This document shows positions 8,969-17,471 of a stretch of DNA of 64,000 nt, piece after piece. The stretch is from Candidatus Edwardsbacteria bacterium. GTDB taxonomy: Bacteria > Edwardsbacteria > AC1 > EtOH8. The position numbers and the translations under genes were made by a program. The notes beneath the pieces are model-generated. The model did no database searches and was not told the origin of the DNA. It was given only the letters and a program-made list of their open reading frames with translations. The DNA is taken from assembly GCA_031082425.1 (NCBI GenBank), contig JAVHLB010000005.1, positions 100,927 to 164,926 of the forward strand, written 5' to 3'. Each line of letters starts with the position of its first letter. Positions within the stretch are counted from its first letter, which is position 1.

Positions 8969-9949
8969 TTATTTCTTCCTCTGAATAGCCCTTTTCACCG
9001 CCTTGATGATATCCCCGTCCATCAGATGATATTTCTTCATCAGCTCCCAGGGCTGGCCGGATTCGCCGAAGGTGTCTTTGACCCCCACCATCTCCATGGG
9101 AACCGGACATTCCTGCCCCAGCACCTCGGCCACCGCGCTGCCCATGCCCCCGGCCAGCTGGTGCTCCTCAGCCGTGATTACGGCTCCGGTCTTTTTGGCC
9201 GAAGCTATCAGCGCCTTCCGGTCTATCGGCTTGATGGTGTGCAGGTTGATCACCTGGCAGGAGATGCCATCTTTGGCCAGCTTCTGGGCCGCCAGCAGAG
9301 ATAAGTAGACCATCAATCCGCAGGCGACGATGGTGACATCCCTGCCCGGCCGCATGATCTGAGCTTGGCCGAACTTGAATGGCGTCTTATCGGTGGTTAT
9401 CACCGGTATCGGCTCGCGACCCAAGCGGATATATACCGGCCCGGATATCTTTACAGCTTCCAAAGTTGTCAGCCGCGCCTGGTGGGTGTCGCAGGGGACG
9501 ATCAGCTTCATGTTGGGCAGGACCCGCATGATGGAGATCTCCTCCAGGGCCTGGTGGGTGGCCCCATCCGGGCCGACCGACAGGCCGCCGTGGGCCCCGG
9601 CCAGCTTGACGTTAAGATCGGCATAGCAGATGGAGGTCCGTATCTGGTCCCAGGCCCTCCCGGCCAGAAAGACCCCGTAGGTGGTGACGAACGGGATCTT
9701 TCCGGTCAAAGACAGGCCTCCGGCCATCCCCAGCATGTTCTGCTCGGCGATGCCGATATCGAAGAACCTTTTGGGATATTTCTCGGCAAAGCGGCTGGTC
9801 AGGGTGGACTTTGACAGGTCGGCGTCCAGCACCACCACCCTTTTGTCCTTGGCCCCCAGTTCCAGCAGGGCTTCGGCATAGCCGAAGCGGGTGGGTTGCT
9901 GTTCCATTGACCCAAGTTCCGTTATCTTTGCCAAATGAAGATCGCTCAT
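8969..9949 (-). CDS. transketolase, C-terminal (pyrimidine-binding) subunit
   Basis: 326 aa with typical split-transketolase C-terminal-half motifs (FDIGIAEQNM, the pyrimidine-binding region, and a C-terminal domain). Confidence 0.9.
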   Translation of the reverse strand: MSDLHLAKITELGSMEQQPTRFGYAEALLELGAKDKRVVVLDADLSKSTLTSRFAEKYPKRFFDIGIAEQNMLGMAGGLSLTGKIPFVTTYGVFLAGRAWDQIRTSICYADLNVKLAGAHGGLSVGPDGATHQALEEISIMRVLPNMKLIVPCDTHQARLTTLEAVKISGPVYIRLGREPIPVITTDKTPFKFGQAQIMRPGRDVTIVACGLMVYLSLLAAQKLAKDGISCQVINLHTIKPIDRKALIASAKKTGAVITAEEHQLAGGMGSAVAEVLGQECPVPMEMVGVKDTFGESGQPWELMKKYHLMDGDIIKAVKRAIQRKK

Positions 9950-9952
9950 AAT

Positions 9953-10555
9953 CTATTTCAGAGGGTGTTTATCCAACAAACCCGTGAACGGCCAATTGAA
10001 TAACTCCATCACCGTTGGTTTTTGGGCCGGTTTTATTTCGCCGGAATTGATGTCATAATAATATCCCGGCAGTCTGGCGTAGACCAACCTGCCTTTTACC
10101 AGGCCCCGATAACGGGCATCCATTTCATCCATGACGATCCTGGCATAGCCGCCCGGCTCCCGGGATTCGTAGGCCAGGACCAACCCCTCTTTTGTGGTGG
10201 GGCGATAGGGCGGCCTAAAAGAAACACTGGAGTGCCCGGAATTCAGACTATCGCCAAATTCGATCTCCACTCCGACGGCGAGGCTATCAACATTCAATTC
10301 AATTTCGAGGCCCGGCAGGGGAAAGGATGAGATCTTTTTAACAGGAAACACAACATTTATGAATTTTGGGCGCGGTCCCAGATCATCATATCCCTCGATG
10401 GTGAAACCGGCGACGGGATCAGGCTCCCAAAGATACTTGGAGCCGTCCAGACGCATGGAGTAAGGTTCGGTTGGCGTTTTACTTGAAGAACATCCAACTA
10501 GAAGAAACACATTAAATATAATTGCTAATGACCTATGAATCAATTTATTAGACAT
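9953..10555 (-). CDS. hypothetical lipoprotein
   Basis: 200 aa with a signal peptide and lipobox (FLLVGC). A 3-nt gap separates it from the downstream transketolase C-subunit gene. Confidence 0.55.
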   Translation of the reverse strand: MSNKLIHRSLAIIFNVFLLVGCSSSKTPTEPYSMRLDGSKYLWEPDPVAGFTIEGYDDLGPRPKFINVVFPVKKISSFPLPGLEIELNVDSLAVGVEIEFGDSLNSGHSSVSFRPPYRPTTKEGLVLAYESREPGGYARIVMDEMDARYRGLVKGRLVYARLPGYYYDINSGEIKPAQKPTVMELFNWPFTGLLDKHPLK

Positions 10556-10561
10556 TGTGCT

Positions 10562-11698
10562 TTATTGTGATCTTAAGGACTGATGAACCTTTTCCAGCAG
10601 ATCGGGGATCCCCAGTTTTTGGGGACATTTAGGCAGGCATCTTTGACAGCCGGTGCAAGATGCCGCCCTCTCCCCCTCTTTCAGCCGGTTGGCATACTGC
10701 CATTTAGGGCCATTATAGTTATTATAGCGTTCGGCCTCGTTGTACATGGCGAAATTGGCCGGGATATTGACCCCATAGGGGCACGGCATACAATAGCCGC
10801 ACTGGGTGCAGTTTATGGCCTTGGAATCGAGGTAGGCCTTTCTGACCTCTGCTATGACCTTCAAATCGTTCTCGGACATTTTCAACGACCCGGAGTTCTC
10901 AGCGATCAGTAGATTATCCCTGACCTGTTTCAGGTTGCTCATCCCGCTGAGCACCAGGGAAACCCCCGGCTGGCTCCAAGCCCATAGAAGACCCCACTCC
11001 GCCGGAGTATGGTCGATGCCGGACTTAGCCAATATTGCTTTTACGTTTTCCGGAGGATTTGCCAAAGAGCCTCCCCGAAGCGGCTCCATCACTATCACCG
11101 GGATGCTCTTTGAGGCGGCGTATTGCAGACCGGCAGTGCCGGCCTGGTTCTCGGTGTCCATGTAGTTATACTGGATCTGGCAGAAATCCCACTTATGTTC
11201 GTCAATTATCTGTTTAAAGACCTCCGGCCCGTCGTGAAAGGAAAAGCCCAGGGAGCCGATCTGTCCGGCCTCCAACTTTCTTTGGGCCCATTCCAGCACC
11301 TTAAAGCCTTTCAGCTTGTCCCAGGCGGTCTGGCTGAGGGCGTGCAGCAGATAATAATCTATCTTCCCTGTCTCCAGCCTGGCCAGCTGCTCGGCAAATA
11401 TCCGGTCCATATCTTCGATTGAATTGACCGCCCAATAGGGAAGTTTGGTGGCCAGCCGGACCTTCTTTCGGTAACCGTCCCTGAGGGCCTGCCCCACCAC
11501 CGACTCGCTCTTTCCATTGTGATAGCCATAGGCGGTATCGATATAATTGACCCCATTGTCCACCGCTAGGCGGATCATTTCTATGGTCTGGGATAGATCA
11601 ATATCTGCCGTATCCGGACTGTTAAGCGGCAGTCGCATAGCCCCGAAGCCCAATATGGATGCCTGAAAGCCATCTGTTCCGAACTTACGGTAGTGCAT
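10562..11698 (-). CDS. aldo/keto reductase with C-terminal 4Fe-4S ferredoxin-type domain
   Basis: 378 aa. The AKR fold N-terminus (GFGAMRLP, IDTAYGY) is followed by two Cys clusters (CTQCGYCMPCP and CTGCQRCLPKCP). Confidence 0.85.
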   Translation of the reverse strand: MHYRKFGTDGFQASILGFGAMRLPLNSPDTADIDLSQTIEMIRLAVDNGVNYIDTAYGYHNGKSESVVGQALRDGYRKKVRLATKLPYWAVNSIEDMDRIFAEQLARLETGKIDYYLLHALSQTAWDKLKGFKVLEWAQRKLEAGQIGSLGFSFHDGPEVFKQIIDEHKWDFCQIQYNYMDTENQAGTAGLQYAASKSIPVIVMEPLRGGSLANPPENVKAILAKSGIDHTPAEWGLLWAWSQPGVSLVLSGMSNLKQVRDNLLIAENSGSLKMSENDLKVIAEVRKAYLDSKAINCTQCGYCMPCPYGVNIPANFAMYNEAERYNNYNGPKWQYANRLKEGERAASCTGCQRCLPKCPQKLGIPDLLEKVHQSLRSQ

Positions 11699-11728
11699 AA
11701 AATTGACTGTAAATTTTGTAAGATTTTT

Positions 11729-11821
11729 GTCATCCTGAGGACACTTTGAGGGAAGACAGGTTGAAGAATGACACTGTCCACCCGTTCGGCTGGGCTATCG
11801 AAGGTGTGTCCTCAGGGTGAC
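11729..11821. repeat. 16-nt inverted repeat GTCATCCTGAGGACAC / GTGTCCTCAGGGTGAC separated by 61 nt
   Basis: The arms at 11729-11744 and 11806-11821 are complementary with one mismatch. The right part resembles the GTCACCCTGAG...CCGAACG unit at 22-64, in inverted orientation. Confidence 0.7.
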
Positions 11822-11829
11822 AGGGAAAA

Positions 11830-12339
11830 TCACCACTTGTCATGGTGAACTTTTTTGGCGGAATATCGTTTTACCGGCTTGGCCTTAATTTTGGGGTAGC
11901 CGATCGAAATTACCGATAACGGCATGATGCTTTTGGGCATTCCCAATAATTTCTGCAGGTCCTTCAGCCTATCCATCCGGGGATAGACCCCCAGCCACAC
12001 CGCCCCCAGGCCCAGGGCATGGGCCGCCAGCAGGATGTTCTGGGTGGCCGCCGAGCAGTCCTGCACCCAATAATCCTTACATTGCTCGGCTTTGATATCC
12101 CCGCAGACCACGATGGCACAGGAGGCCTGTTTCAGCATCTGGGCATAGGGGTGGATCTTGGTGATGGCGGTCAATGTTTCACGGTCCGATACCACTACAA
12201 ATTGCCAGGCCTGCTGATTGCAGGCCGAGGGCGCGTTCATGGCCGCTTCCAGCAGTTTTTTGATCTGTGCTTCCGTGACCTTCCTGCCGGTATAACTGCG
12301 GATGCTGCGCCGGGTCATTATGGCTTTCAGGGCTTCCAT
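11830..12339 (-). CDS. nitroreductase-family protein
   Basis: 169 aa with the typical N-terminus (RRSIRSYT...APSACNQQAW). Confidence 0.8.
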   Translation of the reverse strand: MEALKAIMTRRSIRSYTGRKVTEAQIKKLLEAAMNAPSACNQQAWQFVVVSDRETLTAITKIHPYAQMLKQASCAIVVCGDIKAEQCKDYWVQDCSAATQNILLAAHALGLGAVWLGVYPRMDRLKDLQKLLGMPKSIMPLSVISIGYPKIKAKPVKRYSAKKVHHDKW

Positions 12340-12415
12340 CTATTACTTTCACGATTTTATAAAATGGCGTTGCCTGGAAAATATTTACCCTTTGGTTTTA
12401 TAATATTCAAAACAG

Positions 12416-14158
12416 TCAATTAATACGCACCATCCGCTTATTTCGATATATGCCGTTATATTCTAATCTATAAAATAAAATATTATTAGCTACTTTATTT
12501 CCCCTATTATCCTTACCATCCCAGCTTATGGTATGTATGCCTGCCGTTTCATATTTATTACATAGTTTCCTAATTTCCTGACCCATTATATTATAAATTT
12601 TCAGATTAACTGTCCCTGCTACGGGTACTTGATATTTTATTTTTGTGATATCTTTGAAGGGATTTGGCGTGTTTTGATATAAAACAAAATCCTTCGAAGC
12701 TGGACGGATATAATCATTAGCAACACCACTGGTATATATCTCGATCGGGCCTTGGGGAGTTAGATTCTGGCCCAACAGACCAGGATAATCCGGTGCGTAT
12801 CGATAAATACGAAAAACCATATTTTCTTTCCCGTCGAAAAAACCAATCCCTGGTATGGTATCCCCCTGTGTCATTGGGCCGGAAATGATAACAGGGTTGA
12901 TATATTCCCAAACTGTTTCTCCATCTGGAGTTACTTCAATGAAAGTGCCACCCCACCCGCTGCAGATCAAGGTATTCCCATTCGGCTGGCGTGTGGCCCC
13001 GGAAATATATGGGCTAAAAAAAATATCAACAGGGGTACTAATATAGTTCCAAGCCAGCGTTGAAGGCACATACGATGAATCAGCATTAAATTGATACGTA
13101 CCACTTATGGTGTCAAATGCTGGTTTGATCTGATCGATAGAAGAGTAATTACCTTCATCTCGACCCAACCCATTATTGAAAACCAAAATATCCTTCGCAC
13201 CGGGGAAGCCATCAGTTATCCAGTTGGCATTATGCTGCCCAAAAAAAACATGATTATCCAATGTTCCTCTGTTGTAGGCATAAGGATTTCCCCATCGAAA
13301 CAAAAGATCCCCACCTCTGCCTCGAATACCTCCGGAATGGCTGGCTGCTTCCGCGGTGGTTGTCCCATGATCTATTATCCATATTTCATCGAACTCCCGC
13401 GAGCTGACAACGATCTGATCAAGTTCCTGATTATAATCGATCGAATTCAAATGAATCCAATCAGCAGCAGAAGAAGACTCCAAACCGATAAAATTTATAT
13501 TTATCAATTCCGGATGATCAGCAACAATTCCATAATTAGGCTTGATAGAATCTATATCCTGAATTAAATGATCCCAAACATGCCATTCCCAGACAATATC
13601 CCCGCTGTCTTGACCAATTGGCTGCACTTCAATAATATGTTCAGGCCAAAGTTCTCCGGAAATCAACAAAGTCGAGTCCCGACCAGCGGCGATTGCCTCA
13701 TCGCGTGACTTGAGCTCCCAAGCGATCATTAGAATATTTCCATTAGGAAGCATCCGGACATCGTGATGTGATTGATAAGTCGAATCAGCATACTTATATT
13801 CCCAATGCACTGTCCCATCCCAGTTTATAAGTTGAATAACGCCACCAGAACCGCCAGCCAAGGAAAAATGATTGTTCAACACTCTACCCGCTAATAGCAG
13901 TTTGCCGTTATCGAGTAAATATGAGGAAAGTCCCGGTAAATAAACACTGGGCCAACTATTAATGAGCTCGCCGTTATTATCGATTAAATAAGTGGTTTTG
14001 TAACCCATTGGCGAGAATAAAGTATATCCCTCAAATGATTTTATCGTGTCATTGACCATAAGGCCAACCGTTCTGTCCTCGGCACTGGCCCAGAGAAAGG
14101 ATAAAAGCAATACAGTAATATTCACCAATAAAACTGTTGACATTTTTTTGATCAACAT
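12416..14158 (-). CDS. arylsulfotransferase (ASST)-like beta-propeller protein with T9SS-type C-terminal sorting domain
   Basis: 580 aa with a signal peptide and the HHD...LPNGN motif typical of ASST-like propellers. The C-terminal ~85 aa (NTPNPF...NLKIYNIMGQEI...WDGKDNRGNKV) match the T9SS/FlgD-Ig-like CTD pattern. The gene is AT-rich. Confidence 0.65.
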   Translation of the reverse strand: MLIKKMSTVLLVNITVLLLSFLWASAEDRTVGLMVNDTIKSFEGYTLFSPMGYKTTYLIDNNGELINSWPSVYLPGLSSYLLDNGKLLLAGRVLNNHFSLAGGSGGVIQLINWDGTVHWEYKYADSTYQSHHDVRMLPNGNILMIAWELKSRDEAIAAGRDSTLLISGELWPEHIIEVQPIGQDSGDIVWEWHVWDHLIQDIDSIKPNYGIVADHPELININFIGLESSSAADWIHLNSIDYNQELDQIVVSSREFDEIWIIDHGTTTAEAASHSGGIRGRGGDLLFRWGNPYAYNRGTLDNHVFFGQHNANWITDGFPGAKDILVFNNGLGRDEGNYSSIDQIKPAFDTISGTYQFNADSSYVPSTLAWNYISTPVDIFFSPYISGATRQPNGNTLICSGWGGTFIEVTPDGETVWEYINPVIISGPMTQGDTIPGIGFFDGKENMVFRIYRYAPDYPGLLGQNLTPQGPIEIYTSGVANDYIRPASKDFVLYQNTPNPFKDITKIKYQVPVAGTVNLKIYNIMGQEIRKLCNKYETAGIHTISWDGKDNRGNKVANNILFYRLEYNGIYRNKRMVRIN

Positions 14159-14217
14159 TTTCTAACCTTTCATTTGATAAATTATTTTTAATATTATGTA
14201 ACGCATCTTTGATAGCT

Positions 14218-15030
14218 TTATAACTGGAGTTCTCTCATTGCCATTTCATATTCTTCCTTATCCGGCGCCCGGCCGTGCCAGCCGGCCTGGTTCTCCATGA
14301 AGGAAACGCCCTTGCCCTTGACCGTCCGGGCTATGATGGCGGTGGGCTTTGTCTTTGACTGCCCCGCCTTGATGAAGGCCTTCTTGATCTGTAGAATATC
14401 ATGCCCGTCAACTTCGATGACGTTCCAGCGGAAGGACCGCCATTTGTCGGCCAGCGGGGCCAGGCCCATCACCTTCTCCACCGGACCGTCTATCTGCAGG
14501 TTGTTGTAATCCACAATGCCGATAAGATTATTCAGCTTGAAATGTCCGGCGGCCATGGCCGCCTCCCAGATCTGTCCCTCCTGCAATTCGCCGTCGCCCA
14601 TCAGGCAAAAAACCTTTGATTTACTGCCGTCCATTTTCAACCCCAGCGCCGTTCCGGCGGCAATGGACAATCCCTGTCCCAGCGAGCCGCTGGACATCTC
14701 CACTCCCGGCGTCTTCAAACGGTGGGGATGCCCCTGCAAGACAGAACCCAGATGCCGGAAGGCGGCCAGATGCTTTTTTGAAAAGTAATCCGCTTCGGCC
14801 AAGGCGGCATACAGCACCGGGCAGGCGTGGCCCTTGGATAAAAAGAACCGGTCCCGCTTTTGCCATACGGGATTCTTGGGATCGTGTTTCATGATGTCGA
14901 AATACAGGACCGCCAGGATGTCGGCCGCCGAAAGCGAACCGCCGGGATGCCCGGAGCCCGCCTGATAGGTCATCTCGATTATATCCCGGCGTATCTGTCG
15001 GGCTATTATTTTTAACTGCGGGAGGGTCAT
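14218..15030 (-). CDS. transketolase, N-terminal (thiamine-diphosphate-binding) subunit
   Basis: 270 aa with GHPGGSLS, SKGH and GDGELQEG motifs. Confidence 0.9.
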   Translation of the reverse strand: MTLPQLKIIARQIRRDIIEMTYQAGSGHPGGSLSAADILAVLYFDIMKHDPKNPVWQKRDRFFLSKGHACPVLYAALAEADYFSKKHLAAFRHLGSVLQGHPHRLKTPGVEMSSGSLGQGLSIAAGTALGLKMDGSKSKVFCLMGDGELQEGQIWEAAMAAGHFKLNNLIGIVDYNNLQIDGPVEKVMGLAPLADKWRSFRWNVIEVDGHDILQIKKAFIKAGQSKTKPTAIIARTVKGKGVSFMENQAGWHGRAPDKEEYEMAMRELQL

Positions 15031-15033
15031 CTT

Positions 15034-15678
15034 TTATTTCTTTGCCTTGGCCCAGTCGTCGTTGAATTTCTTGATCCCGATATCGGTCAGGGGATGCTGG
15101 GCCAGCATCTTCAGCACGTTGAAAGGCACCGTGGCGATGTGGGCCCCTATCTTGGCGCAGTCCAGCACATGCAGGGGCGTCCGGATGCTGGCCGCCAGCA
15201 CCTGGGTGGGCAGATCGTAGTTTCCGTAGATCTGGACGATCTCCTCTATCAGGCCGATGCCGTACTCCGAGACATCATCCAGCCGGCCCACGAAGGGGCT
15301 GATGAAGGTGGCCCCGGCCTTGGCCGCCAGCAGGGCCTGGTTGGCCGAAAATACCAGGGTGATGTGCGTCTTGATGCCCTGGGCCGAAAGTTCCTTGACC
15401 GCCTTCAGCCCCTCCAGGGTCATCGGTATCTTGACGGCCACATTGGGGTGGATCTTGATCAGCGGCTGGGCCTCCTTCAGCATGCCGGGGGCATCGGGGC
15501 TTAGCACCTCGGCCGACACCGGCCCGTCCACTATGTCGCAGATCTCCTTGACCACCTGGGCGAAATCGCGCCCCTCCTTGGCGATCAGGCTGGGATTGGT
15601 GGTCACCCCGTCGATGATCCCCCAGCTGGCGGCTTCTTTGATCTCGGACACGTTGGCGGTATCTATGAACAGCTTCAT
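15034..15678 (-). CDS. tal: transaldolase / fructose-6-phosphate aldolase (short Fsa/TalC type)
   Basis: 214 aa with MKLFIDTAN...GVTTNPSL and the active-site Lys region (VAVKIP). Confidence 0.9.
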   Translation of the reverse strand: MKLFIDTANVSEIKEAASWGIIDGVTTNPSLIAKEGRDFAQVVKEICDIVDGPVSAEVLSPDAPGMLKEAQPLIKIHPNVAVKIPMTLEGLKAVKELSAQGIKTHITLVFSANQALLAAKAGATFISPFVGRLDDVSEYGIGLIEEIVQIYGNYDLPTQVLAASIRTPLHVLDCAKIGAHIATVPFNVLKMLAQHPLTDIGIKKFNDDWAKAKK

Positions 15679-15699
15679 TTTAGCGCTCCTGCATTAATT

Positions 15700-15731
15700 A
15701 AAAAACCTTCGTTCCTGATGATGAACGAAAG
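15700..15731 (-). terminator. intrinsic terminator-like hairpin between the tal promoter and the tal start codon
   Basis: The minus strand reads CTTTCGTTC-atcatcag-GAACGAAGG, a 9-bp stem with one G-U pair, followed by TTTTTTAATTAA. Confidence 0.55.
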
Positions 15732-15757
15732 CGACTGGTGACCTGACATCGGGTTTG

Positions 15758-15786
15758 ATTATACTTAAAATGCCCGGGTTTGTCAA
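15758..15786 (-). promoter_or_regulatory. sigma70-type promoter, exact consensus TTGACA-N17-TATAAT (upstream of tal)
   Basis: The minus strand reads TTGACAaacccgggcattttaagTATAAT. The -35 box starts 5 nt after the Omp85 stop, and the -10 lies about 80 nt upstream of the tal ATG. Confidence 0.6.
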
Positions 15787-15790
15787 CCGC

Positions 15791-17470
15791 CTAGAAATCG
15801 CTGTTCAGGCTGACATGGACCTTGCCCTGTCCCCAACCGTCACCCCGCCCCAGCCCGTAGACCAGGCTGATCCAGCCCAGGGCGCTGTCCATCCGGAAGC
15901 CGGCACCGTATCCGGAGCGGTAGCCCCGCAGCCCCCTTTCCGGATCATAGTAATAGCCCAGGTCATAGAAGGGGAACAGCTCCAAACGGCGGTCCGGCAA
16001 ATAGCGGTATTCCAGATTGCCCCAGGCCAGCTGGTTGGCGATGAACTGCTCCTCCCAGTAGCCCCGCAGGGAGGCGGCCCCCCCCATGGAGAACTGGTCC
16101 GGCCGGGGAACGGGCTTTTCGCTGGAGATCACCGCCCGGAGATGGGCGACCGCCGAAAGGGCCTGCCGTTTGAAAATATCCCGGACCTGGCTGGCGTCCA
16201 GTTTGACCCGGGAGACCGTCAATTGAACCGAGGGGTTATAATATCTCTTGCGGCCATATTCGATCTCTAATTTTGACCAGAAGCCCCGGGGGCTGACAGA
16301 CCCGTCCCGGTAATCGGCCTCCAGAGACCACAGCGAGTTGTATTTGATGTTCCGCCCGATAAGCTGGGCCGACCCCGGCACCACCCTCACCGCCTCGGCC
16401 CCCGCTCCGGCGGTGAAATGCTCTCCGGCCGGAAGATCCGCCATCAACCTGCCCGAGCTTTGGGTGTAGGTGGAGTCCTCTATGCGGTGGCTGACCGCGG
16501 CGGTAAGGCCCAGGTTCAGGGAGAATATCCAGGGGGTGGAGAATTCGGCCGACAGCCGGCTGTTCTCCTGGCGCAGGCGCTGCCAGCTGATCTTGGCCCG
16601 GCGCCCGACCCCGCCCAGATTGGAGAAGGCCATGTCAAGGCTGCCGGTCAGCCAGCCGTTCTGCCGGGTCTGATCACGGTTGTATCCCAGGGCACCGAAG
16701 ATATTGTTGTAACGCCCTTCCTCCAGGGCGATCAGCAGGTTCTCGGATCCCGCCCGGTCGCCGGCGGTCAGAACTGGCTCGGACACCGTCCGGAAAAGCC
16801 CGCTCTTGATGAGTCTGGCCCGTCCCTTTTCAATGTTTTTCCGGTTGAACACCACTCCCGGAGCCAGGCCCGATAATCTCAGCAAAGCATACTCTTTGGT
16901 CTGGAGATTGCCGGAAAACCTGATCTTATCTATGTTTACCCGGGAGCCTTCCACGATCTGGTAACTGTAATCCAGCCGGCTGCCGGACAGGGAGAAATCC
17001 CCGACCGCTATTCTGGCATGGGGGAACCCGTTATCGGCGTATACCAGGGACAGCGCCGCAATGTCACTTAGTATCTGGCCTTCCGAAAGAGTACCCTTCG
17101 GCCGGACAGATAGCTGGCTTTCCAGGTAATTCCGACCCAGATAGCTGTTGCCGGTGATTATTATATTTCCGGCCCTGGGAATGATGCCGTTGGTTATCTT
17201 TACTTTGGCCTGGGTGCTGTCGGGCGAATACTCCATCTCCAGCCCGGCCAGAAAACATCCGGCCCGGTTCAATTCCGCCAGCAGTTTGTTCAACCCCGCC
17301 GCCAAGCTTTCCGAAGACAGGCCGGTTCCCGATTGAAAGCCGATAATGGCATTCATCTGCTTTGGGCTGAACGGAGACTGCCCGTCATAATCCATCCGCC
17401 GGATCACCGCCGGCCAGGCCGCCGAAGCCAGGGTCAGCACCATGGCCGCCGGCAGAATGTATGCTCTCAT
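15791..17470 (-). CDS. Omp85-family outer-membrane protein (POTRA + surface-antigen barrel)
   Basis: I moved the start to the ATG at 17470, giving the signal peptide MRAYILPAAMVLTLASAAWP. That is 1 nt after the upstream stop; the track start at 17542 lies inside the upstream gene. It has a POTRA-like N-terminal half, a Gly/aromatic-rich barrel, and the Omp85-like C-terminus GYGAGFRMDS...VSLNSDF. Confidence 0.75.
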   Translation of the reverse strand: MRAYILPAAMVLTLASAAWPAVIRRMDYDGQSPFSPKQMNAIIGFQSGTGLSSESLAAGLNKLLAELNRAGCFLAGLEMEYSPDSTQAKVKITNGIIPRAGNIIITGNSYLGRNYLESQLSVRPKGTLSEGQILSDIAALSLVYADNGFPHARIAVGDFSLSGSRLDYSYQIVEGSRVNIDKIRFSGNLQTKEYALLRLSGLAPGVVFNRKNIEKGRARLIKSGLFRTVSEPVLTAGDRAGSENLLIALEEGRYNNIFGALGYNRDQTRQNGWLTGSLDMAFSNLGGVGRRAKISWQRLRQENSRLSAEFSTPWIFSLNLGLTAAVSHRIEDSTYTQSSGRLMADLPAGEHFTAGAGAEAVRVVPGSAQLIGRNIKYNSLWSLEADYRDGSVSPRGFWSKLEIEYGRKRYYNPSVQLTVSRVKLDASQVRDIFKRQALSAVAHLRAVISSEKPVPRPDQFSMGGAASLRGYWEEQFIANQLAWGNLEYRYLPDRRLELFPFYDLGYYYDPERGLRGYRSGYGAGFRMDSALGWISLVYGLGRGDGWGQGKVHVSLNSDF

Positions 17471-17471
17471 T

